From assembly GCA_016188895.1 (NCBI GenBank), contig JACPGZ010000017.1, forward strand, positions 2,538 through 66,537: a stretch of 64,000 nucleotides of DNA. The letters are read 5' to 3'. This document shows, in pieces, positions 1-9,858 of this stretch. The notes beneath the pieces were generated by a model. It worked only from the letters and a program-made list of their open reading frames with translations. It did not search any database and was not told the origin of the DNA. Positions within the stretch are counted from its first letter, which is position 1, and each line of letters starts with the position of its first letter. This DNA is from Candidatus Pacearchaeota archaeon. GTDB lineage: Archaea; Nanobdellota; Nanobdellia; Pacearchaeales; GW2011-AR1. Both the position numbers and the translations under genes were made by a program.

Positions 1-350
1 AAACAATGGCCGCGCATATCAGAAACATGTTTGCTGGACTGAATGAGCCATTTGTATATAAATTACAGATAGCTTCTGTTCATTTTCCAATGAATGTTAC
101 CTATGACAGCGCTAAAAAAGAAATCTTGATAAAGAATTTTCTTGGAGAGAAAAATGCGAGGAAGGCCAAAATAAAAGATGGTGTTGATGTAAAAATAGAG
201 AGAGATTTCATTATTTTAACATCATCTGACAAAGAAGCTGCAGGGCAGAGCGCGGCAAACATTGAACAAGCTACAAAAATAAAATCAAGAGACAGAAGAG
301 TGTTTCAGGACGGTTGTTATATTGTTGAAAAAGCAGGGAGGAAATTATAA
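1..350 (+). CDS. rpl6: 50S ribosomal protein L6 (5' truncated by window)
   Basis: HFPM..NFLGEK..AANIEQAT..DRRVFQDG motifs; spc operon position. Confidence 0.95.
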   Translation, partial: TMAAHIRNMFAGLNEPFVYKLQIASVHFPMNVTYDSAKKEILIKNFLGEKNARKAKIKDGVDVKIERDFIILTSSDKEAAGQSAANIEQATKIKSRDRRVFQDGCYIVEKAGRKL

Positions 351-691
351 TGGCAAAAATATTTCTAAGAAGAAACTGGAACAAATACAAAAGGCTTGGA
401 TTAAGAAACAAGAAGAAGCAGGTTTGGAGAAAACCAAAGGGGATACATAATAAGATGAGGGAAAATAGGAGAGGATATAGTGCAATTGTCAGGATTGGAT
501 ACAGAAAAGGCAGGAAGAACAGAGGCAGGATTGAAGGATTTATTCCTGTGGTTGTGAGAAATTTATCAGATTTAAGCAATGTTGGAAATGATAATATAGT
601 TATAATTGGAAAGGTTGGAAAAAAGAAACGCCAGATTATTCTAGATAAAATTAAAGAATTAAACGCCCATTCCATAGGGCATCGGAGTTGA
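350..691 (+). CDS. rpl32e: 50S ribosomal protein L32e; C-terminal AHSIGHRS and stop supplied by dispersed repeat
   Basis: WRKPKGIHNKMR and IGY motifs; between L6 and L19e. Confidence 0.93.
   Translation: MAKIFLRRNWNKYKRLGLRNKKKQVWRKPKGIHNKMRENRRGYSAIVRIGYRKGRKNRGRIEGFIPVVVRNLSDLSNVGNDNIVIIGKVGKKKRQIILDKIKELNAHSIGHRS
665..691 (+). repeat. Dispersed GCCC-N8-GGGC repeat, copy A
   Basis: GCCCATTCCATAGGGCATCGGAGTTGA; same core at 15133-15159 (minus), 20599 and 21612. Confidence 0.9.
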
Positions 692-693
692 TA

Positions 694-1086
694 ATGAATC
701 TTCTAAACAAAAAAAGGCTTGCTGCAGAAACACTTAATGTTGGAGCTGGTAGAATAAAGTTTAATAATGAAAGATTAAGTGAAATAAAAGATGCTATAAC
801 CCGGCAAGATATCCTAGACCTTGTTAAAAGCAAGGCAATAGAGGTAAAAGAGATTAGAGGAAGGAAGCGGAAATATAAAAGAAAGAAAAAAGGGTTCGGC
901 AATATAAGGAAAAAAGTTAAAACGAGAAAGCAGGATTATGTTATACTGACAAGGAAGCTAAGAGCTTATGTTAAAGAACTTAAAAAACAAGGGAGGATAA
1001 CCAAGGACCAATATTATGATATAAGGAGAAGAATAAGAGCAAGGATTTATAAAAGTAAATCTCACTTGAAAAGCTTGTTAGAATGA
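694..1086 (+). CDS. rpl19e: 50S ribosomal protein L19e
   Basis: KKRLAA..VG..RI, DAITRQDI, YYDIRRR; synteny. Confidence 0.93.
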   Translation: MNLLNKKRLAAETLNVGAGRIKFNNERLSEIKDAITRQDILDLVKSKAIEVKEIRGRKRKYKRKKKGFGNIRKKVKTRKQDYVILTRKLRAYVKELKKQGRITKDQYYDIRRRIRARIYKSKSHLKSLLE

Positions 1087-1104
1087 TAAGAGTAAGGTGG
1101 TATA

Positions 1105-1134
1105 TCGCGAGGCATAGAGAACAGGTATCGGAGT
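1105..1134 (+). repeat. Dispersed repeat, 3' module only (copy B)
   Basis: TCGCGAGGCATAGAGAACAGGTATCGGAGT matches 21653-21682 TCGCGAGGCATAGAGGACGGGCGTCGGATT. Confidence 0.75.
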
Positions 1135-1146
1135 AGATCAGACAAA

Positions 1147-1647
1147 ATGAAAACACAAAAACGAAGAAGGAAGGAAAGAAAAACAGATTATAAGAACAGA
1201 TTCAATATTCTGAAATCTGAGCTGCCAAGAGTTGTATTTAGAAAAACTAATCGTTATATTATCGGCCAGTTGGTTGAGAGCAGAGATGCCCAAGATAAGA
1301 TTATTGTTAGTGTAAATTCTAAGGACTTATTAAAATTTGGATGGGTCTGGGCAGGATCGCTAAAAAGCGTTCCAGTATCATATTTGGCTGGAATATTGCT
1401 TGCAAAGAAGATTAAAGACAAGAGTTTTAATACAGCAATTTTGGATATTGGCTTAATACGTGATGTTAAAAAATCAAGGATTTACGCATTCGTAAAAGGT
1501 GTGCAAGACGGTGGAATATCACTAAGGGTTAATGAAAAATATTATCCATCTGAAGAAAGGATAATAGGGATGCATATGAAAAAGGATGTTAAAGGCAAGA
1601 TGGAGGAAATAATTAAAAAAATAGAACATGGAAGACAAAGAGAGTAA
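1147..1647 (+). CDS. rpl18: 50S ribosomal protein L18
   Basis: RRRKERKTDY, RVVFRKTNRYI, ILDIGL. Confidence 0.95.
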   Translation: MKTQKRRRKERKTDYKNRFNILKSELPRVVFRKTNRYIIGQLVESRDAQDKIIVSVNSKDLLKFGWVWAGSLKSVPVSYLAGILLAKKIKDKSFNTAILDIGLIRDVKKSRIYAFVKGVQDGGISLRVNEKYYPSEERIIGMHMKKDVKGKMEEIIKKIEHGRQRE

Positions 1648-2425
1648 AAAAGCGGAAAAGACAAAGGAAGATAAGAATGACGAAGCTGCAAAAAAAGCAG
1701 AAGAAAAAGAAGAATTAACAGATGAAATAATAAAAGACGTCATTGAAGTAGCAGACGCTCCTGAAAAATTAATAGAGCCTGAAAAAGCGGAGATTGAAAA
1801 ATGGACTCCAAAATCTAAGCTGGGAAGAATAGTGAAATCTGGCAAGATAAAAAATATTGATGAAATATTGGATAAAAATCTCAAAATATTGGAGCCTGAA
1901 ATTGTATCTTCTCTTTTGCAGTTAAAAGCAGATTTAATAAACATAGGGCAATCAAAAGGAAAGTTTGGCGGTGGAAAAAGAAGAGTATGGAAGCAAACCC
2001 AAAAAAAGACGCAGGAGGGAAATATCCCGAAATTTTCCTCTATGGCTGTTGTTGGTGATGAAAATGGCCATGTCGGCATAGGTTATGGTAGTTCAAAAGA
2101 GACTTTGCCGTCACGGGTAAAGGCAGAAAGAAAAGCCAAGTTAAATATAATGCGCATAAAAAGAGGTTGCGGGAGTTTTGATTGCTCTTGCAATAATCCA
2201 CATTCAATTATATCCAGAGTTGATGGAAAGAGTGGGAGTGTAAGAATTGTGTTATATCCTGCTCCCCAAGGAACAGGGCTTGTTGTCGGAGATGAATGCA
2301 AGAAAGTATTAAAGCTGGCTGGAATAAAGGATGTTTATAGCAAAAGATTTGGGCAGAGCAGAACAACTATTAATCTTATCAAAGCTTGTGTTGATGCTTT
2401 GAAAAAGACAATGGAGATAAAATGA
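1628..2425 (+). CDS. rps5: 30S ribosomal protein S5 with acidic N-terminal extension
   Basis: WTPKSKLGRIVK, VVGDENGHVGIG, PAPQGTGLV. Confidence 0.96.
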   Translation: MEDKESKKAEKTKEDKNDEAAKKAEEKEELTDEIIKDVIEVADAPEKLIEPEKAEIEKWTPKSKLGRIVKSGKIKNIDEILDKNLKILEPEIVSSLLQLKADLINIGQSKGKFGGGKRRVWKQTQKKTQEGNIPKFSSMAVVGDENGHVGIGYGSSKETLPSRVKAERKAKLNIMRIKRGCGSFDCSCNNPHSIISRVDGKSGSVRIVLYPAPQGTGLVVGDECKKVLKLAGIKDVYSKRFGQSRTTINLIKACVDALKKTMEIK

Positions 2426-2775
2426 TTGCTGTGATTAGAATCAAAGGCCTAGTTGGAATTCCTATAGATATTAAGGATACACTTGACAAGCTTAGACTTA
2501 GAAGAAAATATGCTTGTGTTGTGCTTGAAGAGAAAAGAGAGCTTATAGGTATGGTTGAAAAAGTTAGGGATTATGTAGCTTATGGTAAGATATCTGATGA
2601 AGATTACAAAGAATTAGTAAAGAAAAGAGGGAAGAAAATAAAAGGAAAAGAATACAAGCCATTTTTCAGATTGCATCCGCCACGCGGTGGAATAAAAAGC
2701 AAATTGCATTATCCAAAAGGTGTTTTAGGAAATCATGGTGATAAGCTCAATGCGCTGTTGAGGAGGATGTTATGA
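2422..2775 (+). CDS. rpl30: 50S ribosomal protein L30
   Basis: IAVIRIKG..DTL..LRL; FRLHPPRGG. Confidence 0.95.
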   Translation: MIAVIRIKGLVGIPIDIKDTLDKLRLRRKYACVVLEEKRELIGMVEKVRDYVAYGKISDEDYKELVKKRGKKIKGKEYKPFFRLHPPRGGIKSKLHYPKGVLGNHGDKLNALLRRML

Positions 2776-3179
2776 TTCATTACCCTAGATTAAGCAGATA
2801 CGCGTCTGAATTTGAGTTAGATTTGAGATTGCCTGATGAATATAATGAATGGGTTAAAAGAATAAATCCGGAAATCAGAGAAAGTGTAGAACAAGGGGCT
2901 AGAAAAATACAAAAAAGTTTTGAGCTAGACGATTATGATGGTAGTTATCCTATATTAAATTGGAGTGAAGATAGGGGATTGGTAGGAATTCTTGTAGGAG
3001 CAAGGTCTGGTGCTGGATTGGCACAAGAGTCTGTTGATAGATTTTACTTTCATCATGTTAATTCTCCATTACAAGCTCTTACTCTTATAGGTATTATATC
3101 ATTTTATTTAAATGGATTGCAGAACTTGTATGAAAAGCAAAAAAGTTCAGGAGCTGAAAATGAAACTCAAAAAACGTAG
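2772..3179 (+). CDS. Hypothetical protein inserted between rpl30 and rpl15
   Basis: 135-aa ORF with ATGA overlap to rpl30; no recognised family. Confidence 0.7.
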   Translation: MIHYPRLSRYASEFELDLRLPDEYNEWVKRINPEIRESVEQGARKIQKSFELDDYDGSYPILNWSEDRGLVGILVGARSGAGLAQESVDRFYFHHVNSPLQALTLIGIISFYLNGLQNLYEKQKSSGAENETQKT

Positions 3180-3588
3180 AAAATCTGCAAGAATGCGCGG
3201 CTCAAGAACGCATGGCTGGGCGATGAAGAAGCACAAAGGAAAAGGAAATGTAGGTGGAAAAGGAAGAGCTGGAAGCGGAAAAAGAGCTAGCCAGAAGAAA
3301 ACACAAATATTGAATCTTAAGGAAAAGTATTTTGGCAAAAAAGGAATGAAGGCAAAGAGAAAAATAATAAAGATTATTAATGTTGGTGATATTGAGAATA
3401 ATATAGATAAAATGATTGCAAAAGGGAAGGCAAAAAGAGCAGGAGATGGTATTGAGATTAATCTTCCTGATTATAAAATATTGGGAGATGGTGAATTAAG
3501 CTTAAAGCTCATTGTTCATGCTCATGCTGTATCTTCATCTGCTAAGGAAAAGATTGAAAGAAGAGGAGGGTCTGTGATTTTGGAATAA
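3160..3588 (+). CDS. rpl15: 50S ribosomal protein L15
   Basis: RGSRTHGW..GGKGRAGSGK, KILGDG; start reassigned to ATG 3160. Confidence 0.94.
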   Translation: MKLKKRRKSARMRGSRTHGWAMKKHKGKGNVGGKGRAGSGKRASQKKTQILNLKEKYFGKKGMKAKRKIIKIINVGDIENNIDKMIAKGKAKRAGDGIEINLPDYKILGDGELSLKLIVHAHAVSSSAKEKIERRGGSVILE

Positions 3589-4973
3589 TGGAATTCCGCA
3601 ATATATTGCAAAATCTTCCTGAAGTAAGGGCTCCCATTGAGAAAAGACTAAGCTTTAATAAGAAATTTAAATGGACGCTTATTATACTTGCTTCATTTTT
3701 TGTTCTTTCTAATATTCCTTTATATGGATTGTCAAGGAATGCATTAGAAAGATTTGAATTTCTTTCTATTATTCTTGGAACTGATTTTGGCTCAATTATT
3801 TCATTGGGAATTGGGCCAATTGTCATGGCTTCTATAATTCTTCAATTGCTTGTTGGCTCGCAAATACTGAAGATTGATACAAAAACAGAGGAAGGCAGAA
3901 AGTATTTTCAGGGATTGCAAAAGCTATTGGTATTTTTCTTTATTATTTTTGAGGCATTGATATATGTTTTAATGGGCGGATTAGAAGCTCTTCCAGGATT
4001 CACACTAATATTGGTATTTCAGCTGATTCTTGGGGGACTGGCAATTATGTTTATGGATGAAGTTGTGAGTAAATGGGGATTTGGCTCTGGAATCAGCTTG
4101 TTCATTATTGCTGGTGTTGGATGGAGGCTTTTTGCAGGATTATTCCAGTTTATTGGGATTAACGGTGAAAACTGTCTTCTTAATTTTTACAGCACTCCTT
4201 GTGCAGGACAGATTTGGATTATTATCCAATCCATATTAAAAGGCGATCCTACTCAGTTGTTTAATGCATCTGCTGTAATTATTATCACAATTTCCATATT
4301 TCTTCTTGTTGTATGGGCCCAATCGCTAAAGGTAGAAGTGCCTCTTTCATATGAAAGGCTCCGTGGATATGGCATAAGATGGCCTTTGTCATTTTTTTAC
4401 TCAAGTGTTATCCCTGTTATTTTGGTTTCAGCTCTTGCTGCAAATATCCAGCTATTTGCCGGCTTGATTGAAAATTACCTCGGAAGGCCAACACTTTTAG
4501 GAGGTTTTTCAGCAGGACAGCCTATTTCAGGGTTTGCTTATTGGCTATCATCCACAAATATTGTCAATGCTCTAATAACAGGAAGCTTCCAATCTTCGTT
4601 TTTTTTGCAGGCAATTACACACACTATTTTTTATATGGCATTATCAGCTGTTTTTGCTGTATTTTGGGTTAAGACAAGCGGGATGGATGCGTCAAGCCAA
4701 GCGCGAAATATTATGTCATCTGGATTGCAGCTTCCTGGATTCAGAAAAGATGAAAGAGTTTTGGAAAGCATATTAAACAGATATATAATGCCTTTAACAA
4801 TCATGGGCGGGATTGCTGTAGGATTGCTTGCATCTGTTGCTAACATTCTTGGTGCATTGACAGGAGGCACTTCAATTCTGCTTGCTGTCATGATAACATA
4901 CCAGCTTTATCAGAACATTGCCCAGCAGCATGTTGCAGATATGCATCCAATATTGAAGAAGTTGACTGGATAA
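3588..4973 (+). CDS. secY: Preprotein translocase subunit SecY
   Basis: LGIGPIVMASIILQLL, KWGFGSGISLFI, PGFR; multi-TM. Confidence 0.97.
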   Translation: MEFRNILQNLPEVRAPIEKRLSFNKKFKWTLIILASFFVLSNIPLYGLSRNALERFEFLSIILGTDFGSIISLGIGPIVMASIILQLLVGSQILKIDTKTEEGRKYFQGLQKLLVFFFIIFEALIYVLMGGLEALPGFTLILVFQLILGGLAIMFMDEVVSKWGFGSGISLFIIAGVGWRLFAGLFQFIGINGENCLLNFYSTPCAGQIWIIIQSILKGDPTQLFNASAVIIITISIFLLVVWAQSLKVEVPLSYERLRGYGIRWPLSFFYSSVIPVILVSALAANIQLFAGLIENYLGRPTLLGGFSAGQPISGFAYWLSSTNIVNALITGSFQSSFFLQAITHTIFYMALSAVFAVFWVKTSGMDASSQARNIMSSGLQLPGFRKDERVLESILNRYIMPLTIMGGIAVGLLASVANILGALTGGTSILLAVMITYQLYQNIAQQHVADMHPILKKLTG

Positions 4974-4989
4974 GGATTAATTATAATAT

Positions 4990-5376
4990 TTACTTAATTT
5001 CTAAAATACCTTCCTTAAAATCCAAATGAACATTAAAGTTTCTAAGGAAACTCAAGCCAAGCAAACCATCGACATAACTCTTAGATGGAAGGTCATGTAC
5101 AATCGCTTTAACATTGTGAGCTTCAGATTTATTTACCTTTATACGAGATAATGTAGCAATAGGAACTTTCTCAACGCCCGAAGCAGTCACCATATCTATT
5201 TTTTCTTGTAACAACTGAGGTTGCAAGCTTAATATTTCTGCTACTTCCCACGGGATCATTACATAAGTGGCTCCTGTATCTAAAGCCATTCTTACCTTTT
5301 TTTGTATTCCATTATGTTCGATGAATACATCCACAACTATAACACTCAACTCTCTATCAAAGTTTATTTTTCCCAT
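4990..5376 (-). CDS. Retropepsin-like (clan AA) aspartyl protease
   Basis: ALDTGAT catalytic motif and GLLGLSFL motif. Confidence 0.88.
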   Translation of the reverse strand: MGKINFDRELSVIVVDVFIEHNGIQKKVRMALDTGATYVMIPWEVAEILSLQPQLLQEKIDMVTASGVEKVPIATLSRIKVNKSEAHNVKAIVHDLPSKSYVDGLLGLSFLRNFNVHLDFKEGILEIK

Positions 5377-5603
5377 ATGATAAAGGCAACAGCATATCCC
5401 TTTTTTGGAATTTCTCCTGTGTAAAAATGATAAGTATATTTATCTGCATACTTTTTCATGGCGACATATGTATCATCCCTGTTCCTGCTATGAGCAAGAA
5501 CCCTGATTTTTATAGGTCTTCCTAAGTCATCTTCTTCTAATACTTCTGCTAACACCCATTCATCTTTATATTTCTCTTTAACCTGCTCTATATTCATTTC
5601 CAT
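5364..5603 (-). CDS. Small DUF5678-like protein coupled to the protease
   Basis: KYKDEWV..VLAHS pattern; overlaps protease start. Confidence 0.65.
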   Translation of the reverse strand: MEMNIEQVKEKYKDEWVLAEVLEEDDLGRPIKIRVLAHSRNRDDTYVAMKKYADKYTYHFYTGEIPKKGYAVAFIIWEK

Positions 5604-5718
5604 AATAATCTAAATACTACCTTATTATTAAAGTTTTCTAAAAGTAACTTCTTAAGAAGATTTTTCTTAATTTAAATGTATTTGGTCACATTTAAAAATC
5701 CTCAAATCATCTAATCTT

Positions 5719-6132
5719 ATGGTGTTTGAGTTCATAGAAAATTTTATTGTTTCTAATCCAAAGATAGGAGTTATAGCTATTGCTGTGTTTATCAGCTTGA
5801 TTGTAACTCTTGCAAATTATTTTTTGATGGATAAGAAAAGGATGAAAGAGATAAAAGAGAGGCAGAAAGAGCTTCAGGCAGAGCTTAAAAAGCACAAAGG
5901 AAATACTGACAAGGAAAAAGAAATTGGGCAGGAATTGATGAGCCATGCTGCAGAGATGCTGAAGCATTCTTTCAAGCCAATGCTTATAACAATCCTTCCC
6001 ATAATATTAATATTTGGATGGATGCGTAAATTGCTTGTAGATACCAGCATTGCTGGGACATGGTTTTGGTGGTATTTGATAGGAGCAATAGTTTCAGGCA
6101 TGATATTCAGAAAGGTCTTTAAACTTCCATAG
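5719..6132 (+). CDS. DUF106/EMC3-TMCO1 (Oxa1 superfamily) membrane insertase
   Basis: TM, coiled coil, SFKPMLIT, WFWWY; usual position after secY. Confidence 0.88.
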   Translation: MVFEFIENFIVSNPKIGVIAIAVFISLIVTLANYFLMDKKRMKEIKERQKELQAELKKHKGNTDKEKEIGQELMSHAAEMLKHSFKPMLITILPIILIFGWMRKLLVDTSIAGTWFWWYLIGAIVSGMIFRKVFKLP

Positions 6133-6147
6133 CCCGTTGCATAGGAC
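6132..6147 (+). repeat. Degenerate dispersed repeat, copy C
   Basis: GCCCGTTGCATAGGAC resembles GCCCACTGCATAGGGC; directly after stop codon. Confidence 0.45.
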
Positions 6148-6155
6148 GAGATAAA

Positions 6156-6614
6156 ATGCACCAAGAAGATTTGTACAAATTAAGCTTGCTTGAGCAGCAG
6201 GCAGGACAGATTCAAGAGCAAGTAGCTCTTGTAATCAAAAAGATGCAGGAATTAGATTTGCTTGCATTGTCTCTTAATAAAATTGATAAAAGCAAGGAGA
6301 AAAGAATACTTGCGTCAATTGGAGAGGGAATTTATATTGATACTGACCTGCGCGACAAAGACCTTCTGGTTAATGTTGGAAAAAATATTTTTGTCCACAA
6401 AAATATTGGCGAAACCAGGAAACTGATTGAAAAGCAAAACAAGCTTCTTGATGAACTGAAGAAAAAAATGGAAAGCGATATTGAGAAAATATCAAAAGAA
6501 CTTAATGTTTTAGTTGAAAAAATAAGAAACGAGAATGAGCAGGAATCTGGAGAGCAAGAAAAAGAAAGGAAAAAGCCGAATCAAAAGAAGAATAGTTCTA
6601 AAAACAATGTTTAA
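6156..6614 (+). CDS. pfdA: Prefoldin alpha subunit
   Basis: Coiled coils flanking SIGEGIYI and LVNVGKNIFV beta hairpins. Confidence 0.85.
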   Translation: MHQEDLYKLSLLEQQAGQIQEQVALVIKKMQELDLLALSLNKIDKSKEKRILASIGEGIYIDTDLRDKDLLVNVGKNIFVHKNIGETRKLIEKQNKLLDELKKKMESDIEKISKELNVLVEKIRNENEQESGEQEKERKKPNQKKNSSKNNV

Positions 6615-6638
6615 ATATAATATTTAATCTATTCCTGT

Positions 6639-8288
6639 ATGAACAAAAAAGAATTGGAAAAAAAGATATTAGCATATGCACTAGACAATGCTGTTTCTCA
6701 TAATGGCGAAGCTGTTGCAAGCAGTGTTGTTAACCATCTTTTCAGAGAGGGATTGAAGAAAGAGGAGCTGAAAGATGTTATGCTTGTTGTGCAGAGAATT
6801 GTAAATGAAGTCAATAATATGGAACTTGATGAGCAGAAAAAAAGATTTAATGAGTTAAATATTGAACTAAAGAAATTTGAGCAGAAGGAAAAGGAACTTA
6901 CAGAATTACCTAATGTTTCTGAAAATATGGTTTTCAGATTAGCACCATATCCTTCTGGTGATTTGCATATTGGCAATGCAAAAACATACATATTAAATGC
7001 TCTTTACGCTGAAAAATATAAAGGAAGGATAATTCTTGTAATAGATGATACGATAGGAAGCAAGGAGAAGCAGATTGCTCCTGATGCTTATAAATTAATT
7101 CCAGCCAGCTTAAAATGGCTTAATATAAAGTTTGATAAAAAAATCGTATATAAATCAGACAGGCTTGATCTGTATTATCAATATGCTGAAAAAATTATAG
7201 AGCTTGGGCATGCATATGTCTGCACATGTCCTGCAGATATTATGAGAAAGAACAAGATGGGTGGAAAAGAGTGTGAGCATCGCAATCTTCCAATTAAAGA
7301 GCAAAAACAAAGATGGAAGGAGATGTTCCATATGAAAGAAGGCTCTGCAACATTGAGAATTAAAACAGACATGAAGCATGAAAATCCTGCATTTAGAGAC
7401 AGGGTATTATTCAGGATTAGCGAAAGAGCTCATCCAAGGGCAAAGAAAAAATATCGTGTGTGGCCTCTTTTGGAATTTTCATGGGCTATTGATGATGTTT
7501 TGCTTGGTATAACTCATGTTATCAGGGGAAAGGACTTAATGATTGAAACAGAGATGGAAAAATATATATGGAAAATATTTGGATGGAAAGGTCCTGTGAT
7601 TGTGCATTCCGGGCTGGTTAATATAGAAGGGATTAAGCTTTCAAAATCAAAAGCACAGCACGAAGTTGAAACAGGCAAGTACTTTGGATGGGATGATCCT
7701 AGAACATGGGGCATACACTCTTTGAAAAGAAGAGGTTTTAAGCCAGAAGCGTTAAAGCAGTTTGTTTTTGGTATTGGTTTAAATCAAAATGATATTACAG
7801 TTCCTGTAGATGTTTTTTATTCGATTAACCGGAAATTAATAGATAAAGAGACAGATAGATATTCGTTTGTCGAATCTCCGCAAAGATTAGATATTTCAGG
7901 CATTCCAAAAGAAGCAAGCATTCCTGTTCATCCTGAAAAAAAAGAGAAAAGAAAAATTAAGCTTGGGAAGCATGTCTATATAGCAAAAAAGGATTATGAA
8001 ATGTTTAAAGGAAAAGAAATAAGGCTTATGCATTTGTGCAACATAATATTAGACGACAAGCCAAGAATTACATCAATTGAGAGAAAAGAATTGCCTGTTG
8101 TAAATTGGGTTTCAAATGGTGTTAAAACCAAGGTATTGATGGATGATAGCACAAGGAAAACAGGGATTGCTGAAAGTGACATCAAAAAACTTAAACTAGG
8201 AAGTGTTATACAATTTGAGCGAAATTTCTTCTGCAGGTTTGACCGCAGGAATAAGGATGCTTATGAGTTTTGGTTTACTCATTGGTAG
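6639..8288 (+). CDS. gltX: Glutamate--tRNA ligase
   Basis: RLAPYPSGDLHIGN, THVIRGKD, KLSKS, GWDDPR, QFER. Confidence 0.96.
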   Translation: MNKKELEKKILAYALDNAVSHNGEAVASSVVNHLFREGLKKEELKDVMLVVQRIVNEVNNMELDEQKKRFNELNIELKKFEQKEKELTELPNVSENMVFRLAPYPSGDLHIGNAKTYILNALYAEKYKGRIILVIDDTIGSKEKQIAPDAYKLIPASLKWLNIKFDKKIVYKSDRLDLYYQYAEKIIELGHAYVCTCPADIMRKNKMGGKECEHRNLPIKEQKQRWKEMFHMKEGSATLRIKTDMKHENPAFRDRVLFRISERAHPRAKKKYRVWPLLEFSWAIDDVLLGITHVIRGKDLMIETEMEKYIWKIFGWKGPVIVHSGLVNIEGIKLSKSKAQHEVETGKYFGWDDPRTWGIHSLKRRGFKPEALKQFVFGIGLNQNDITVPVDVFYSINRKLIDKETDRYSFVESPQRLDISGIPKEASIPVHPEKKEKRKIKLGKHVYIAKKDYEMFKGKEIRLMHLCNIILDDKPRITSIERKELPVVNWVSNGVKTKVLMDDSTRKTGIAESDIKKLKLGSVIQFERNFFCRFDRRNKDAYEFWFTHW

Positions 8289-8832
8289 ATTTTGACCCAG
8301 TCTTATCAAATAGCTTCTCCAACTTAAGTTCCCTTATCTCGCATAAAGAAAGTGGATAAAGCTTTTTCAGCTTAAGGCTTAATGGCTTTTGAATCTTGTT
8401 GTTTATTACACTTGAAAAAAATGTTTCATAATCTGAATTTTTTATCTCTTCTGTTAATAATTCTTTAACCTTATCCCTTAGCGCTTTTCTTACGCTTCTG
8501 TGGACTTTTTTCCTTGTTATTAAAAATGGTTTAATACGAAGTTGCGCATTTTTACACTGCGTGGAAAATGAATCTTCAATATAGCTCACAGAATCTTTCA
8601 TCATTCTCTGGATAAAATATGGCATTAGTTTCATCCTTACTGGCTTTCCAACTGCCTTTTTATCATCAAGAACAATTTTGAATATGGCTTCTGTGCTCTT
8701 GCCTTTTAACTGTCTTGACAGATCAATCTTCACAAATCTTCCTTCAAGCGATTCTAAAGATGTACTCAGCAATGAAGATTCTTTGTTTAAAATAGGAAAC
8801 GATACATCAAAAAATTTTTTCTTTACGACCAT
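8275..8832 (-). CDS. rps3ae: 30S ribosomal protein S3ae (eS1)
   Basis: KKKFFDV, RIKPFLIT, KKLYPL..CEIR. Confidence 0.85.
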   Translation of the reverse strand: MVVKKKFFDVSFPILNKESSLLSTSLESLEGRFVKIDLSRQLKGKSTEAIFKIVLDDKKAVGKPVRMKLMPYFIQRMMKDSVSYIEDSFSTQCKNAQLRIKPFLITRKKVHRSVRKALRDKVKELLTEEIKNSDYETFFSSVINNKIQKPLSLKLKKLYPLSLCEIRELKLEKLFDKTGSKSTNE

Positions 8833-8833
8833 T

Positions 8834-9142
8834 TTATTCTAATTGAATCTTGTTTGTTCTTTTTCCTTTTTTCTGATATTTAGATTTTTTGCATACACTG
8901 CATGTGTACATTATATTTGTCTTTTTTGATGATTTTGTTTTTCTCTTCCATTTTGAAATTGGCTTCTTACTCCATTTTCCCAAATTGCCGAGACCAATGC
9001 CTCTGCCCCTCATTGCAGCCCTTTCCTTTGAGCCTTTTTTCAAAGCCCCTCTTTTCGCGCCTGTGCTGACTAAAACAACCTTTTGCTCTGTCTGCTTCCT
9101 GCAATAAGGACAGTATCTGCTTGTTTTTTTTGGTATTTTCAT
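8834..9142 (-). CDS. rpl44e: 50S ribosomal protein L44e
   Basis: MKIPK..RYCPYCRKQTEQKV and C-terminal CxxC. Confidence 0.93.
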   Translation of the reverse strand: MKIPKKTSRYCPYCRKQTEQKVVLVSTGAKRGALKKGSKERAAMRGRGIGLGNLGKWSKKPISKWKRKTKSSKKTNIMYTCSVCKKSKYQKKGKRTNKIQLE

Positions 9143-9229
9143 ATTAATGAAGAATTGTAATAAGGGGTGTTTTTAAAGTTAATGGATTGGTGCAATAATC
9201 TATTTAAAGTTGAATTTTTAGTCCTTATC

Positions 9230-9585
9230 ATGCTAGATATTCAGGAAAAAATCAAAAAATTTAATGATGAAAGAGAATGGAGTTCGCCACACACGATAAA
9301 AGATTTATTGCTTAATATGAATGAGGAGATAGGTGAATTCTGGAACATAATTAAATGGGTTGATACAGAAATGCAGCAAAATTAATTAAACAAGAGAAGG
9401 AAGATGTTGATAATTTTATAGGAGATATGGTATATTTAATCCTTAAGATTTCTTATTTGTGCAATGTTGATTCAAAAAAGGCAGTTGAAGATGTTCTGGT
9501 AGAGTATGAAAAAAGATTTCCTGTAGACAAAGCTAAAGGCAGCCATGGAAATAAGCTGGCTGGAGGTATTGATTTGAAGCAATGA
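9230..9585 (+). pseudogene. MazG-like nucleotide pyrophosphohydrolase split by a 1-nt frameshift
   Basis: FNDEREW..EEIGE in frame 1, stop at 9383-9385; continues in -1 frame KLIKQEK..IGDMVYLI..EKRFP to TGA 9585. Confidence 0.75.
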
Positions 9586-9628
9586 GCAAAAAGAAAGCCT
9601 TTTAAACCTTGCTTTTAATGATGTTAGC

Positions 9629-9826
9629 ATGATAATTCCAATTCGTTGTTTTTCATGCAACAAACCCATTGCTCATTTATGGGAGAAATACAAAGAAAGA
9701 ATAGCTAATGGAGAAGAGCCTGCGAAAGTGCTTACTGATCTAGGATTGACAAGATATTGCTGCAGATCAGTGTTCTTGGGGCATGTGGATCTTCTTCAAG
9801 AAATAGCAAAATTCAAGAAGTTTTAG
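9629..9826 (+). CDS. rpoN: RNA polymerase subunit N (Rpo10)
   Basis: MIIPIRCFSC..LGLTRYCCR. Confidence 0.97.
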   Translation: MIIPIRCFSCNKPIAHLWEKYKERIANGEEPAKVLTDLGLTRYCCRSVFLGHVDLLQEIAKFKKF

Positions 9827-9858
9827 CCCGGAGTTTAATAACAACCGTTAAACTACAA

